A stretch of 6,039 bases of DNA, taken from Escherichia phage NC35. Location: sequence record NC_007820.1, one strand, 5' to 3'. Of this stretch, positions 5,062 to 6,039 are shown piece by piece. The number at the start of each line of letters is the position of its first letter. The first letter of the stretch is position 1. The notes under the pieces were generated by a model. It was not told the DNA's origin. It searched no databases and worked only from the letters and a program-made list of their open reading frames with translations. The translations under genes and the position numbers were made by a program.

Positions 5062-6039
5062 ATGTTAGGTGCCGTTGTAGGTGGTATTGCTTCAGCCTTA
5101 GCCGGTGGAGCCGCCTCTAAGTTATTTGGTGGTAAGTCTGCCCCTCAAGCCGCTACAGAGTCCGCTGGCCTATCTAATGGTCAAGGTGTTATTGGTATGG
5201 ACCAAGATGCCGGTATTCAGTCGGCTATTCAGGGTTCAAATGTCCCAAATGGTCAGATTCCCGCCCCCACGCAGACTGGTGGTGTTATGTCTGATGCTAA
5301 AAACATGATTAAGAATGCTGGTAAGGATTTGCTTGATGGTGTCATGACTGCTGGTAGTGACCGAGTCAAACAAGCTTTGGTTGATGGATTGAGTGGTAAT
5401 AATGCAAAGAAACAAGGACAAGCAACCCGTGATTACTTGGCTGCAGCCTTCCCTGAACTCAATGCATGGGAGCGTGCTGGAGCTGGTGCTTCCGGCGCCG
5501 GCTTGGAATCTTCCAGCCAGGACCAACAGAAAGAATTGATGCGAATGCAGTTGGACAACCAGAAAGATATTGCGAAGATGCAGATGCAGAATAATTTGCA
5601 GATTGCAGGTATTCAGTCCGCTACTTCTCGTCAAAATACGAAGGATTCTGTTTATGCACAGAATGAGATGCTTCAGTACAATCAGCGTGAGTCGCAAGCG
5701 CGTGTTGAGTCCATCCTCGCCAACACTGACCTTACGGTTAAACAGGCCACCCATGAAATCATGAGAATGGCCCTTACTCGTGCTCAGGAGACTGGTCAAC
5801 ATTTAACTAACTCTCAGATTATGGCATTGGAGAAAAAGGTTTATGCAGAAATCGGAAAAATTCATCAAGATACTCAAAACTCTCGCTATGGTAGCTCTCA
5901 AGTTACTGCTGCGGCGAAAGATGTTACAAATATGATTTCTGATGCTGTTGGCGGTTTTGCCGACTGGGCTTCCCAGCAATGGAATTCCTTCTTTAAGGAT
6001 GGTAAGTCTAATGGTATTCCTCTTAATACCAGAAAATAA
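5062..6039 (+). CDS. H: DNA pilot (minor spike) protein H, 325 aa.
   Basis: Strong similarity to phiX174 H: N-terminal glycine-rich hydrophobic segment (GGIASALAGGA-SKLFGG), central TRDYLAAAFPELNAWERAGA, and AGIQSATSRQNTKD-VYAQNEML. AAGGAG (5046-5051) upstream; stop TAA at 6037-6039 is the window end. Confidence 0.96.
   Translation: MLGAVVGGIASALAGGAASKLFGGKSAPQAATESAGLSNGQGVIGMDQDAGIQSAIQGSNVPNGQIPAPTQTGGVMSDAKNMIKNAGKDLLDGVMTAGSDRVKQALVDGLSGNNAKKQGQATRDYLAAAFPELNAWERAGAGASGAGLESSSQDQQKELMRMQLDNQKDIAKMQMQNNLQIAGIQSATSRQNTKDSVYAQNEMLQYNQRESQARVESILANTDLTVKQATHEIMRMALTRAQETGQHLTNSQIMALEKKVYAEIGKIHQDTQNSRYGSSQVTAAAKDVTNMISDAVGGFADWASQQWNSFFKDGKSNGIPLNTRK

Noticed and set aside
1295-5764. Plus-strand alternative-frame ORFs inside A, F, G and H (1295..1603, 3709..3969, 4039..4335, 4610..4966, 5105..5308, 5570..5764), several very Leu/Phe-rich and hydrophobic.
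   Set aside because: Leu/Phe/Ser-rich frames are the expected by-product of frame-shifting a T-rich coding sequence. None has a Shine-Dalgarno-preceded start or a counterpart in phiX174-like phages. Because gene E is exactly this kind of overlapping hydrophobic ORF they are not impossible, but there is no positive evidence.
38-5802. All minus-strand ORFs in the supplied track (38..265, 415..648, 889..1107, 1153..1620, 2193..2405, 2464..2751, 3141..3323, 3411..3665, 3966..4265, 4366..4896, 4644..4865, 5236..5802).
   Set aside because: Each lies antisense to a well-supported + strand gene, none has a convincing ribosome-binding site, their composition (Asn/Ile/Arg/Ser-rich) is what the complement of T-rich coding sequence produces, and phiX174-like phages transcribe only one strand.
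1-6039. Search for CRISPR repeats, tRNA or rRNA genes, insertion-sequence inverted repeats, or integrase and transposase genes.
   Set aside because: No direct-repeat and spacer periodicity, no cloverleaf-like candidates, and the whole window is accounted for by tightly packed phage genes and short structured spacers.

Overview
This window reads as a near-complete or complete genome of a phiX174-like microvirus (Microviridae, Bullavirinae), closest in character to the alpha3-like group. All recognisable genes are on the + strand in the canonical order A(A*)-B-K-C-D-E-J-F-G-H, with the classic overlapping genes (B inside A, K across the A/C junction, E inside D), the conserved 30-nt viral-strand replication origin inside gene A, and hairpins in the J-F, F-G and G-H intergenic regions. 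Protein identities were judged by eye against phiX174 sequences recalled from memory; no database search was run. The window starts just after the H stop and ends exactly on it, so it is probably the circular ssDNA genome linearised in the H-A region. Most of this is well-described biology. The part the canonical gene set does not explain is the first 729 nt, upstream of gene A, which carries three tightly packed + strand ORFs with Shine-Dalgarno sites and phage-like codon usage: a 122-aa basic/acidic protein, a 29-aa hydrophobic peptide and a 58-aa protein. This is the best candidate for an undescribed accessory module, but I cannot judge its novelty without a database search. No tRNA, rRNA, CRISPR or mobile-element signatures were seen, and all minus-strand ORFs are judged spurious.
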